From the NCBI GenBank assembly GCA_964348725.1, contig CAYGDG010000001.1:1898-65897 (forward strand): a stretch of 64,000 nucleotides of DNA, in the 5' to 3' direction. This DNA is from an uncultured Candidatus Saccharibacteria bacterium. GTDB taxonomy: Bacteria > Patescibacteriota > Minisyncoccia > Phycocordibacterales > UBA9973. Below are positions 27,436 to 35,020 of this stretch, in pieces. The notes under the pieces are model-generated. The model was given only the letters and a program-made list of their open reading frames with translations. It had not been told where the DNA came from and made no database searches. The translations under genes were made by a program, and so were the position numbers. Each line of letters opens with the position of its first letter. Within the stretch, counting starts at the first letter, position 1.

Positions 27436-28152
27436 ATGATTGAAATAAAAAACATCACCAAGATATATAAGACCGGCGATGTGGAATTCCAAGCATTGAA
27501 AGGTGTCAGCTTCACCATAGCGGACGGCGAATTCGTGGCAATCATGGGTCCGTCCGGCTCCGGAAAATCCACCCTCATGCACATCCTCGGCGCGCTGGAT
27601 AATCCCACTGGCGGCGAGTATTTTCTGGACGGCAAGGATGTCTCTACGCTCTCCGACGATGAGCTTGCCGATATCCGGCGGGACAAGATAGGCTTCGTCT
27701 TTCAGGCATTCAATCTCCTGCCGCGCACTACGGTGCTCAGGAATGTCATGCTCCCACTCGTCTATGAAGGCATATCGGCGGAAGAACGGGAAAGCCGCGC
27801 CAAAAAAGCGCTCATCTCCGCCGGGCTGGATGAAGCTCACTTTCTGCATCTTTCCAATCAGATTTCCGGTGGGCAGATACAGCGCGTCGCCATCGCCCGC
27901 GCGCTGGTGAACAATCCTTCGCTCATTCTTGCCGACGAGCCCACAGGCAATTTGGATTCCAAGACAGGCGAGATAGTGCTCGGCACATTCCAGAAGCTCA
28001 ACAAAGAATTCGGGCGCACCGTCGTGCTCATCACGCACGAGCAGGATGTCGCCGAACACGCGGACAGGATACTTTTCATAAAAGACGGACTGCTTACAGA
28101 AGATAGGAAGACGCACACTAAAAAAGTCATCCATCAGCATTACATACAATAA
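27436..28152 (+). CDS. ABC transporter ATP-binding protein, MacB/LolD family
   Basis: Walker [10 protein letters not shown], signature [15 protein letters not shown], Walker [13 protein letters not shown]. Confidence 0.9.
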   Translation: MIEIKNITKIYKTGDVEFQALKGVSFTIADGEFVAIMGPSGSGKSTLMHILGALDNPTGGEYFLDGKDVSTLSDDELADIRRDKIGFVFQAFNLLPRTTVLRNVMLPLVYEGISAEERESRAKKALISAGLDEAHFLHLSNQISGGQIQRVAIARALVNNPSLILADEPTGNLDSKTGEIVLGTFQKLNKEFGRTVVLITHEQDVAEHADRILFIKDGLLTEDRKTHTKKVIHQHYIQ

Positions 28153-28161
28153 AAAAGTAAA

Positions 28162-29379
28162 ATGAAATTATACGACGTCTTACACGAAACATATTCCGCC
28201 CTCTCCGCGAACAAAGCGCGGTCGGGTTTGACGATGCTCGGCATTGTCATCGGCATCGCGTCCGTCATCGCCATGGTGTCCATCGGCAACGGGGCGAAAG
28301 CATCCATCCAGTCCTCCATTGAAGGGCTCGGCTCAAATCTACTCACCATCATTCCCGGAGTCGTTCAGCCGGGGCGCGGCATCGTCTCTTCCGGGCGCGG
28401 CGGCGCGCAGACCTTGAAGAATGACGATGTAGAAGTCATCGCGCGGATAGACGGTGTGGGTACAGTTTCACCCGAAATTTCCAGCCGTTTCCAAGTCGTA
28501 GCGGCGGGGAATAATACCAATACCACAATTACCGGCGCAGTGGCGGATTATGCCCCCGTGCACAATATCGCCGTCGGCACCGGCTCTTTCATTTCAGAAG
28601 CCAATCAGCGAAGCATCGGCAGGCAGGCAGTCCTTGGCGCGACCGTGGCCACCGACCTTTTCCCTGACCAGGATGCCGAGAGTGTTCTTGGTAAAAGCAT
28701 CCGCATCAAAAAAGTAAATTTCACCGTCGTCGGCGTGCTCACCGCCAAAGGCGGGGCGGGATTTTCCGGACCGGATGATATGATATTCGTGCCGCTTTCC
28801 ACTATGCAGAAAATTCTTTCCGGCTATGATTACCTTTCCACCATTTCCGTCTCCGTCACCAACAAGGACCAGATGACTGCGGTCAAAGATGCCGTCACCA
28901 ATGCCTTGCTGTTGGAGCATGATGTCGCCGAAGCTGACTTCTCCGTCATTTCGCAGGAAGATATTTTAGGCACGCTCACCACCGTCATAGACACCTTTAC
29001 AGTCTTCCTCGCCGCCATCGCTTCCATCTCGCTCCTCGTCGGCGGCATTGGCATCATGAACATGATGCTCACCACCGTCACCGAGCGCACCAAAGAAATC
29101 GGCCTGCGCAAAGCCATCGGCGCAAAGCGCCGCGACATCAACCTGCAGTTCTTGGCCGAAGCGGTGATGCTCACTTTCATCGGCGGGGTGATAGGGGTCG
29201 TCCTCGGCTGGCTTATCTCCTACGGCGTCACTTCTCTCGGCATCGTCAAGACGCAGGTATCCCTCTCATCCGTGCTCCTCGCATTCGGCGTCTCCGCCGC
29301 CATCGGCATCGTCTTCGGCTATTATCCCGCCCGCCGCGCTTCCAAACTCAATCCGATAGATGCCCTACGATACGAATAG
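28162..29379 (+). CDS. ABC transporter permease, FtsX/MacB family
   Basis: N-terminal TM, a large extracytoplasmic MacB_PCD-like domain, and a C-terminal FtsX 3-TM bundle (IGGIGIMNMMLTTVTERTKEIGLRKAIGA). Confidence 0.85.
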   Translation: MKLYDVLHETYSALSANKARSGLTMLGIVIGIASVIAMVSIGNGAKASIQSSIEGLGSNLLTIIPGVVQPGRGIVSSGRGGAQTLKNDDVEVIARIDGVGTVSPEISSRFQVVAAGNNTNTTITGAVADYAPVHNIAVGTGSFISEANQRSIGRQAVLGATVATDLFPDQDAESVLGKSIRIKKVNFTVVGVLTAKGGAGFSGPDDMIFVPLSTMQKILSGYDYLSTISVSVTNKDQMTAVKDAVTNALLLEHDVAEADFSVISQEDILGTLTTVIDTFTVFLAAIASISLLVGGIGIMNMMLTTVTERTKEIGLRKAIGAKRRDINLQFLAEAVMLTFIGGVIGVVLGWLISYGVTSLGIVKTQVSLSSVLLAFGVSAAIGIVFGYYPARRASKLNPIDALRYE

Positions 29380-29417
29380 GCTGTTTTTTTGAGGCAATTT
29401 CTGCTATTATTTTCCCT

Positions 29418-30419
29418 ATGTCATTATCCATCGGAATCGTAGGTCTCCCAAATGTTGGCAAATCAACGCTGTTCAACGCGCTGACGAAAAAGTGCGTGCC
29501 GGCGGAAAATTATCCATTCTGCACGATTGACCCATCCGTGGGCGTGGTGGCAGTTCCCGATGAGCGCTTGTGGAAGCTCTCTGAATTTTCAAAATCAAAA
29601 AAGACTTTGCCGGCTGCTGTGGAATTCGTAGACATCGCCGGCCTCGTAGCTGGTGCGGCGAAGGGCGAAGGCCTCGGAAATAAATTCTTGGCGAATATCC
29701 GCGAGACAGATGCGATATTACATATGGTGCGCACATTTCAGGATAAAGATGTCATCCACGTGGCGAATAAAGTAGATCCCCTTCAGGATATCGCCGTGAT
29801 TAATTTTGAACTTATTCTTGCAGACTTGGAAACAGTACAGAAGCGCCTGGCAAATCTTTCCCGCGATGTGAAAAGGGGAGATAAAGAAGCGGTGAAAGAA
29901 GATGCTGTATTAAAAAAAGTGGAGCAGGTATTACTTGATTCCAAGATGGCAAATAGCGTCATATTAGATGAAGAAGAAAAGAAAGTTTTAAAAAGCATGC
30001 ACCTTATTTCCGCGAAGCCGGTGCTGTACGGCCTGAATGTCTCGGCCGCAAATGAAAATGTGGTGGATGCCATCATTCCGAAATTGGACAGTAATTATGT
30101 AAAAATTGACCCGATTTTTGAGGAGGGCTTGGATGACCTGATTAAAGAGAGCTACAAATTGCTCCAACTGGAAACATTTTTCACCACCGGCGAAGACGAA
30201 ACGCGCGCCTGGACGATACAAAAAGGCAGCACTGCGCCGATCGCCGGCACAGCCATTCATACCGATTTCAAAGACAAATTCATCCGCGCGGAAGTGGTGA
30301 ATTGGCAAGATCTGCTAGACGCAGGCTCCTACAGCGAAGCCCGCGCCAAAGGCAAAGTCCGCACGGAAGGGAAGGAATATATTGTGAAAGACGGGGATGT
30401 CGTAGAATTCAAAATATAA
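29418..30419 (+). CDS. ychF: Ribosome-binding ATPase YchF (Obg-family GTPase)
   Basis: GIVGLPNVGKSTLFNALT G1 motif, FCTIDPSVGVV, and a C-terminal TGS domain; 333 aa. Confidence 0.85.
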   Translation: MSLSIGIVGLPNVGKSTLFNALTKKCVPAENYPFCTIDPSVGVVAVPDERLWKLSEFSKSKKTLPAAVEFVDIAGLVAGAAKGEGLGNKFLANIRETDAILHMVRTFQDKDVIHVANKVDPLQDIAVINFELILADLETVQKRLANLSRDVKRGDKEAVKEDAVLKKVEQVLLDSKMANSVILDEEEKKVLKSMHLISAKPVLYGLNVSAANENVVDAIIPKLDSNYVKIDPIFEEGLDDLIKESYKLLQLETFFTTGEDETRAWTIQKGSTAPIAGTAIHTDFKDKFIRAEVVNWQDLLDAGSYSEARAKGKVRTEGKEYIVKDGDVVEFKI

Positions 30420-30478
30420 TTTTGAATTCGTAGATACTGAGCGAAGCGAATGTGTTATTGAGTTTAAAATTTAGATAT

Positions 30479-30513
30479 TGACAAATTATTAATTATAGTA
30501 TATGATGATATGG
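30479..30513 (+). promoter_or_regulatory. Sigma-70-like promoter (TTGACA, 17-nt spacer, TATGAT), with an AAAGGAG Shine-Dalgarno sequence 8 nt before the ATG at 30555
   Basis: ttgacaaattattaattatagtatatgat ... aaaggagaaaaaactatg. Confidence 0.4.
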
Positions 30514-30554
30514 AAATAATTCAACAACATTTAAAACAAAAAGGAGAAAAAACT

Positions 30555-31013
30555 ATGTTTGAAAAAATTGACCGTAAATCACCTGAAATTATCACTGCGC
30601 TTGTAAAAGCACCTATCTTCAAAAAGCAGGGACTCGTGCAGGCACGACCAGCAACTGAAGGTGAAGTAATCGTCACTAAACTTGCGAGTGGCGCAGAGGA
30701 AACGACAAATACTGCCAAAGTAGATGATTGGATTATGACGAATCCGTCTGGCGAGCAGTATATTATCAGCAAGGAGAAGTTCTTTAACCGGTATGAATCT
30801 ACTGATACGGATAAAACCTATCAGGCCAAGGGCTACTGTCGTGCAATTAAGAATCCATTTAATAAGCCAATTGAAATTATGGCTTCCTGGGGTTCGCCTC
30901 AGACTGGTGACGAGAATTGTATGATTGCAGACACCTGTGATGTGGACGGCACGAATATGGGTGGTGAGCCATATCTCATTGAGAGCAAAGCTTTTGCTGA
31001 GACTTATGCCTAG
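30555..31013 (+). CDS. Hypothetical protein (152 aa from MFEKIDRK)
   Basis: ORF 30510..31013. I prefer the internal Met at 30555 because of the Shine-Dalgarno match. No recognisable motif. Confidence 0.45.
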   Translation: MFEKIDRKSPEIITALVKAPIFKKQGLVQARPATEGEVIVTKLASGAEETTNTAKVDDWIMTNPSGEQYIISKEKFFNRYESTDTDKTYQAKGYCRAIKNPFNKPIEIMASWGSPQTGDENCMIADTCDVDGTNMGGEPYLIESKAFAETYA

Positions 31014-31041
31014 TTCAGATTATTTCTAAAAGTAACATTAA

Positions 31042-31078
31042 AGAGCCATCACGCATAAAGTGATGGCTCTTTCTTTAA
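31042..31078 (+). terminator. Rho-independent terminator
   Basis: agagccatcac-gcataaa-gtgatggctct hairpin, then ttcttt. Confidence 0.5.
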
Positions 31079-31104
31079 CCCATAAATAAGGGTATTATAA
31101 TCCT

Positions 31105-31446
31105 ATGAATCTAGCCGACAAAAAATGCAAAGCGTGCGAGGATAAGAATATGAAGCCTTTTTCGTCTGCGGAGGCGGCGGATTATGCGGTGCAAGTACCG
31201 GGGTGGGAGGTAGGAGAGGGAGGCAAGAAGATAAGCCGGAAGTTTGTTTTTAATAACTTCGTGCAGGCGGTGGATTTTATTTCTGGGCCGATTGCGGACA
31301 TCGCCGAGGAAGAAGGGCATCATCCGGATGTGCACCTCACGGGATATAAGAATGTGCTCATTGAGCTTTCTACGCACTCCATCGGCGGATTGTCGGAAAA
31401 TGATTTTATCGTGGCGGCGAAGATAAACCGCCTGCCAATTTTCTAA
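31105..31446 (+). CDS. Pterin-4a-carbinolamine dehydratase (PCD/DCoH)
   Basis: EEGHHPDVHLTGYKNVLIELSTH motif; 113 aa. Confidence 0.8.
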   Translation: MNLADKKCKACEDKNMKPFSSAEAADYAVQVPGWEVGEGGKKISRKFVFNNFVQAVDFISGPIADIAEEEGHHPDVHLTGYKNVLIELSTHSIGGLSENDFIVAAKINRLPIF

Positions 31447-31958
31447 TGCAAAAAAGCGAAGTTATAAAAATTCTTAAAAAAGACGGCGTGGGCGTGATGC
31501 CGACGGATACTTTGTATGGGTTGGTGGGTAGCGCGTTTTCAAAAAAAGCCATCGCGCGGATTTATAAATTGAAAGGCCGCGATGCGGATAAGAAGCTCAT
31601 CGTTTTAATTTCAAAAATTTCTGACTTAGAAAAATTCGGCATACGACATTCTCACATTCTCAAGAATGTCGGAATGTTGAAAAAGTTTTGGCCGGGGAAG
31701 GTGAGTATTATTATCGGCGGTACGGCTTTCAGATTGCCGAAGAAAAAGAGCTTGATTGAAATTTTGAACAAGACAGGCCCGCTGGTGGCGCCAAGTGCAA
31801 ACTTGCAAGGCATGTCTCCCGCGAAAAATATCAAACAAGCCAAAAAATATTTTAATACTCAGGTAGATTTTTATGTATCAGGCGGCACACTCGTAGGTAA
31901 GCCGTCTCATCTGATAGAAATAAGAAAAGATGGGAGTATCTCAGTATTGCGTGATTAG
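31446..31958 (+). CDS. tsaC: L-threonylcarbamoyladenylate synthase (YrdC/TsaC/Sua5 domain)
   Basis: GVGVMPTDTLYGLVGSAFSKKAIARIYKLKGR YrdC signature; 170 aa. Confidence 0.8.
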   Translation: MQKSEVIKILKKDGVGVMPTDTLYGLVGSAFSKKAIARIYKLKGRDADKKLIVLISKISDLEKFGIRHSHILKNVGMLKKFWPGKVSIIIGGTAFRLPKKKSLIEILNKTGPLVAPSANLQGMSPAKNIKQAKKYFNTQVDFYVSGGTLVGKPSHLIEIRKDGSISVLRD

Positions 31959-31990
31959 TATAATGCATCTTTGCATGCTATTATAAACTA

Positions 31991-32665
31991 ATGGAAAAAA
32001 CTAAAAACAATGGAAAGTTATTTATCAGCATCGCACTCGTTTTATTTGCAGTAGCATTTTTTATCGCAGCCAAGAGTTTTTCAGATCAAGGTGCATATGT
32101 TGAAGTAAAAGGATTGTCTGAAAAAATTGTAAAAGCAGACACCGCCATCTGGTCTATGAATTTTGAAGTTAAATCAAATAGCATAGATATGCTTTATGCA
32201 GATATTGAAAAGAATTTAACGACCATTAAAACTTTTCTCAAAGAACAAGGTTTTGAGGATAGTGAAGTGAACATAGCTCCTGCTAATATATATCAAGATA
32301 CATACAGAGAAGCTGTCTTTAGATATAATTCTATGAATCAAATTTCCGTGTATACAAACAAAGTAGATCAAGCAAAAAAGAGCTCAAATGAGACTTTGAT
32401 GCTCGTAAAAAAAGGTGTGGTGCTTACGCAAAATTCGATTTCATTTAATTTCTCAGATTTAAACAGTATCAAGCCAGAAATGCTCGCAGAAGCTATAAAA
32501 AATGCTCGTGATACAGCATCACAATTTGCAGTAAATTCTGGCTCCTCTATCGGAGGGATAGTGAGAGGAAATCAAGGTGTATTTGATATCACCGACAAAG
32601 ACCCAGGCTCTCCAGAATTCAAAAAGATTCGTCTCGTCTCCACACTTCGTTTTCTGCTTAAATAG
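31991..32665 (+). CDS. Membrane-anchored protein, possibly SIMPL/DUF541-like
   Basis: N-terminal TM plus a roughly 200-aa domain whose size and pattern (VEVKGLSEKIVKADTAIWSMNFEV...) resemble SIMPL. This is a weak call. Confidence 0.4.
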   Translation: MEKTKNNGKLFISIALVLFAVAFFIAAKSFSDQGAYVEVKGLSEKIVKADTAIWSMNFEVKSNSIDMLYADIEKNLTTIKTFLKEQGFEDSEVNIAPANIYQDTYREAVFRYNSMNQISVYTNKVDQAKKSSNETLMLVKKGVVLTQNSISFNFSDLNSIKPEMLAEAIKNARDTASQFAVNSGSSIGGIVRGNQGVFDITDKDPGSPEFKKIRLVSTLRFLLK

Positions 32666-32720
32666 ATCGGTTTTTACTTATAAGAGGGAGTATTTCAGTT
32701 TTGCGTGGTAATATAAAAAG

Positions 32721-33623
32721 ATGAAAGAAATAAAGATTTTTACAGCAAAAAACTGGAAAGACTATGAAATGCTAGACACTGGTGAAGGCGAGAAGCTGGA
32801 GCGTTTTGGGCAATATGTTTTTGTGCGTCCATATGAAGAAGCGGTATGGAAAAAGACTTTAGATAAAAAAGAATGGGAAAATGCTGACGGGAAATTTTGG
32901 AGCTCCAAGACCGGTGCAAAAGCAGGTTGGGTTTTCCGCAAGGACAGTCCTCGCGGAAATTGCGAAAAGAAATGGGAGATGAGTTGGGGAGATGTGAAAT
33001 TCTTCGCTTCACCGACTTCTTTTCGCCACCTTTCTTTTTTCCCCGAGCAAGCGAGCCATTGGGAATTTATCAATGAGCAAATTAGTAAGGCAAAGAAACC
33101 AGTAAAGTTTTTAAATTTGTTCGGGTACACAGGAGTGGCGAGCCTCGTCGCTTTGCAAGCCGGCGCAGAAGTGACGCATGTGGACGCTTCAAAACAAAGC
33201 ATAGATTTACTAAAAGAAAATCAAAAACTCAATAGTCATTTGGGATTTGAAGATAAGCCTTTGCGAGTGATAGTGGACGATGTATTAAAATTTTTGGAGC
33301 GCGAAATAAAAAGAGGAAACACATATGATGCGGTGATCATGGATCCGCCAAAATTCGGCCGTGGTCCAAAAGGGGAGACGTGGAAAATAGAAGAAATGCT
33401 ACCAAAACTTTTAGAAAATGTTGCAAAAATTCTTTCTGAAAAACCGCTTTTTGTAATTCTAAATTCCTACGCAGTGGATTCCTCGTCTCTATCTTTATCA
33501 TATGCGTTAGAAGAATCTTTAAAATCTTTCGGCGGAAAAGTAGCGGCGGGCGAATTGTGTATTTTAGAAAAATCAAACTCTCGCGCAATTCCGCTTTCAA
33601 ATACTGCTATCTGGCAGGTTTGA
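32721..33623 (+). CDS. Class I SAM-dependent RNA methyltransferase (RlmI/COG1092-like)
   Basis: FLNLFGYTGVASLVALQAGAEVTHVDASKQS (motif I) and VIMDPPKFGRG (the DPPxF motif); 300 aa. Confidence 0.65.
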   Translation: MKEIKIFTAKNWKDYEMLDTGEGEKLERFGQYVFVRPYEEAVWKKTLDKKEWENADGKFWSSKTGAKAGWVFRKDSPRGNCEKKWEMSWGDVKFFASPTSFRHLSFFPEQASHWEFINEQISKAKKPVKFLNLFGYTGVASLVALQAGAEVTHVDASKQSIDLLKENQKLNSHLGFEDKPLRVIVDDVLKFLEREIKRGNTYDAVIMDPPKFGRGPKGETWKIEEMLPKLLENVAKILSEKPLFVILNSYAVDSSSLSLSYALEESLKSFGGKVAAGELCILEKSNSRAIPLSNTAIWQV

Positions 33624-33972
33624 TTTCTTCCTCAATTTCCTCCACGTCTTCCTGAATATCCTCCACATCCTCGGCGATTTCTTCCACATCTTTTTGGATT
33701 TCATCCACGTCTTCCTGAATTTCTTCTATATCTTCGGACACTTCTTCTAATTCTTTAGAGTGTTGGTTTACCGTCATCTGGATAAAAATGGAAAGATATA
33801 TGGCTTCAAGTGAAACAATCGTAGTGAGAATGAGCAGAATATCCGCCACTGCCACTCCAAAAAATCGCAATGAAAAAATACCGATAAAAAATATCGTATG
33901 GAGGGCGATGGATGCCGGCGAGCCTATGAAGCGGGTGAGCTTTTTAGAAAATTCTTCAAATTTCTTATCCAT
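33607..33972 (-). CDS. Small membrane protein (DUF1003-like core) with a C-terminal acidic tandem-repeat tail
   Basis: Two TM helices followed by SIFIQMTVNQHSKELEE. The tail is EEVSEDIEEIQEDVDEIQKDVEEIAEDVEDIQEDVEEIEEEIK, with an 8-aa periodicity. Confidence 0.4.
   Translation of the reverse strand: MDKKFEEFSKKLTRFIGSPASIALHTIFFIGIFSLRFFGVAVADILLILTTIVSLEAIYLSIFIQMTVNQHSKELEEVSEDIEEIQEDVDEIQKDVEEIAEDVEDIQEDVEEIEEEIKPAR
33620..33760. repeat. Imperfect 24-nt tandem repeat, about 5-6 units, inside a coding region
   Basis: The units ttcctccacgtcttcctgaatatc, ctccacatcctcggcgatttcttc, cacatctttttggatttcatccac and gtcttcctgaatttcttctatatc encode the acidic E-D-x-E-E-I-Q repeats of the minus-strand ORF. 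Confidence 0.6.
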
Positions 33973-33996
33973 ACAAAGTATGATATATTATATGAT

Positions 33997-35019
33997 ATGG
34001 AAACACAAACAAAAATAAAGCTCAGTGCGGGGTATTTCTTTCTTTCTTTAGGGGTATTGACGACGCTCATCGCCTCGGTGGTGTCATTTTTGAATCTTGC
34101 ATTTGAAATATTAAACAAAAAATTTCCTGATGTGCTCAATGCCATGTATCAGTACGGCTACAATACCTACCAGTTTGATTCGGCGCGCACGGCACTCGCC
34201 ACGCTCATCATCGTATTTCCAGCATTGCTTGTGCTCGTGCATTTTTGGCGCAAAGTCAGTCTTGAAAATCTTTCCGAGACGGAGCGCGTCATCCGCAAAT
34301 GGATGATATATGTCGTCCTCTTTCTTTCGGCGGCCGTCATTCTCATTGATCTCATTACGCTCGTAAAATATTTTGTCGGCGGGCAGATTACTATCCGCTT
34401 CATCCTCAAAGTGCTGGTGGCGGGTATGGCTGCAAAGATGATCATCTATTATTTCGCTGCAGATGTTTTTACCTGGCGCTGGGGAAATATCTTGCGCCGT
34501 ATCAGTGCGTGGGTGAGCCCAATCCTCGTGATTGCGCTCATCGTGTGGAGCTTCTTTATCATCGGTAGTCCGATGGACCAGCGAAAACTCCAGCTGGACC
34601 AGCGCCGTACAGATGATCTTCAAAATATACAGTGGCAGATCATCAGCTATTGGCAGCAGAAAGAAAAATTACCAGCATCTTTTGCCGATATGAAAGACCC
34701 GATCTCGAGCTACATGGTTCCTGTGGATCCAGAATTCCAGAAAGGAAATGTGTATGAATATACAAAGACGGGGAATTTATCATTTGAACTGTGTGCTACA
34801 TTCTCACTTCCGATGCCGGAAGGCTGGCAGGAATATAATTACGGCAAAGGCGGCGGCGTCATGCCGATGACGGCGGAGCGTGATGTGGCAGTATCATATC
34901 CGTATCCCGGAGGCGGCGGTATGAATGAAAGCTGGGATCACGAAGCCGGACGCACGTGCTTTGCTCGCACGATAGACCCCGAAATATATCCGCCATATCC
35001 AAAGCCGGACAAAGAGTAA
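33997..35019 (+). CDS. Polytopic membrane protein with an extracytoplasmic C-terminal domain. Hypothetical.
   Basis: ORF 33898..35019. The internal start METQTKIK at 33997 avoids overlap with the divergent gene. Four to five TM helices, then a Trp/Tyr/Cys-containing soluble domain. Confidence 0.45.
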   Translation: METQTKIKLSAGYFFLSLGVLTTLIASVVSFLNLAFEILNKKFPDVLNAMYQYGYNTYQFDSARTALATLIIVFPALLVLVHFWRKVSLENLSETERVIRKWMIYVVLFLSAAVILIDLITLVKYFVGGQITIRFILKVLVAGMAAKMIIYYFAADVFTWRWGNILRRISAWVSPILVIALIVWSFFIIGSPMDQRKLQLDQRRTDDLQNIQWQIISYWQQKEKLPASFADMKDPISSYMVPVDPEFQKGNVYEYTKTGNLSFELCATFSLPMPEGWQEYNYGKGGGVMPMTAERDVAVSYPYPGGGGMNESWDHEAGRTCFARTIDPEIYPPYPKPDKE

Positions 35020-35020
35020 T

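Noticed and set aside
27421-28149. 242-aa ORF on the - strand
   Set aside because: Fully antisense to the MacB-type ABC ATPase gene, which has Walker A, Walker B and signature motifs.
33620-33760. Considered whether the 24-nt periodic repeat could be a CRISPR array
   Set aside because: There are no unique spacers. The repeats are contiguous and in-frame, encoding an acidic peptide repeat. No cas genes are nearby.
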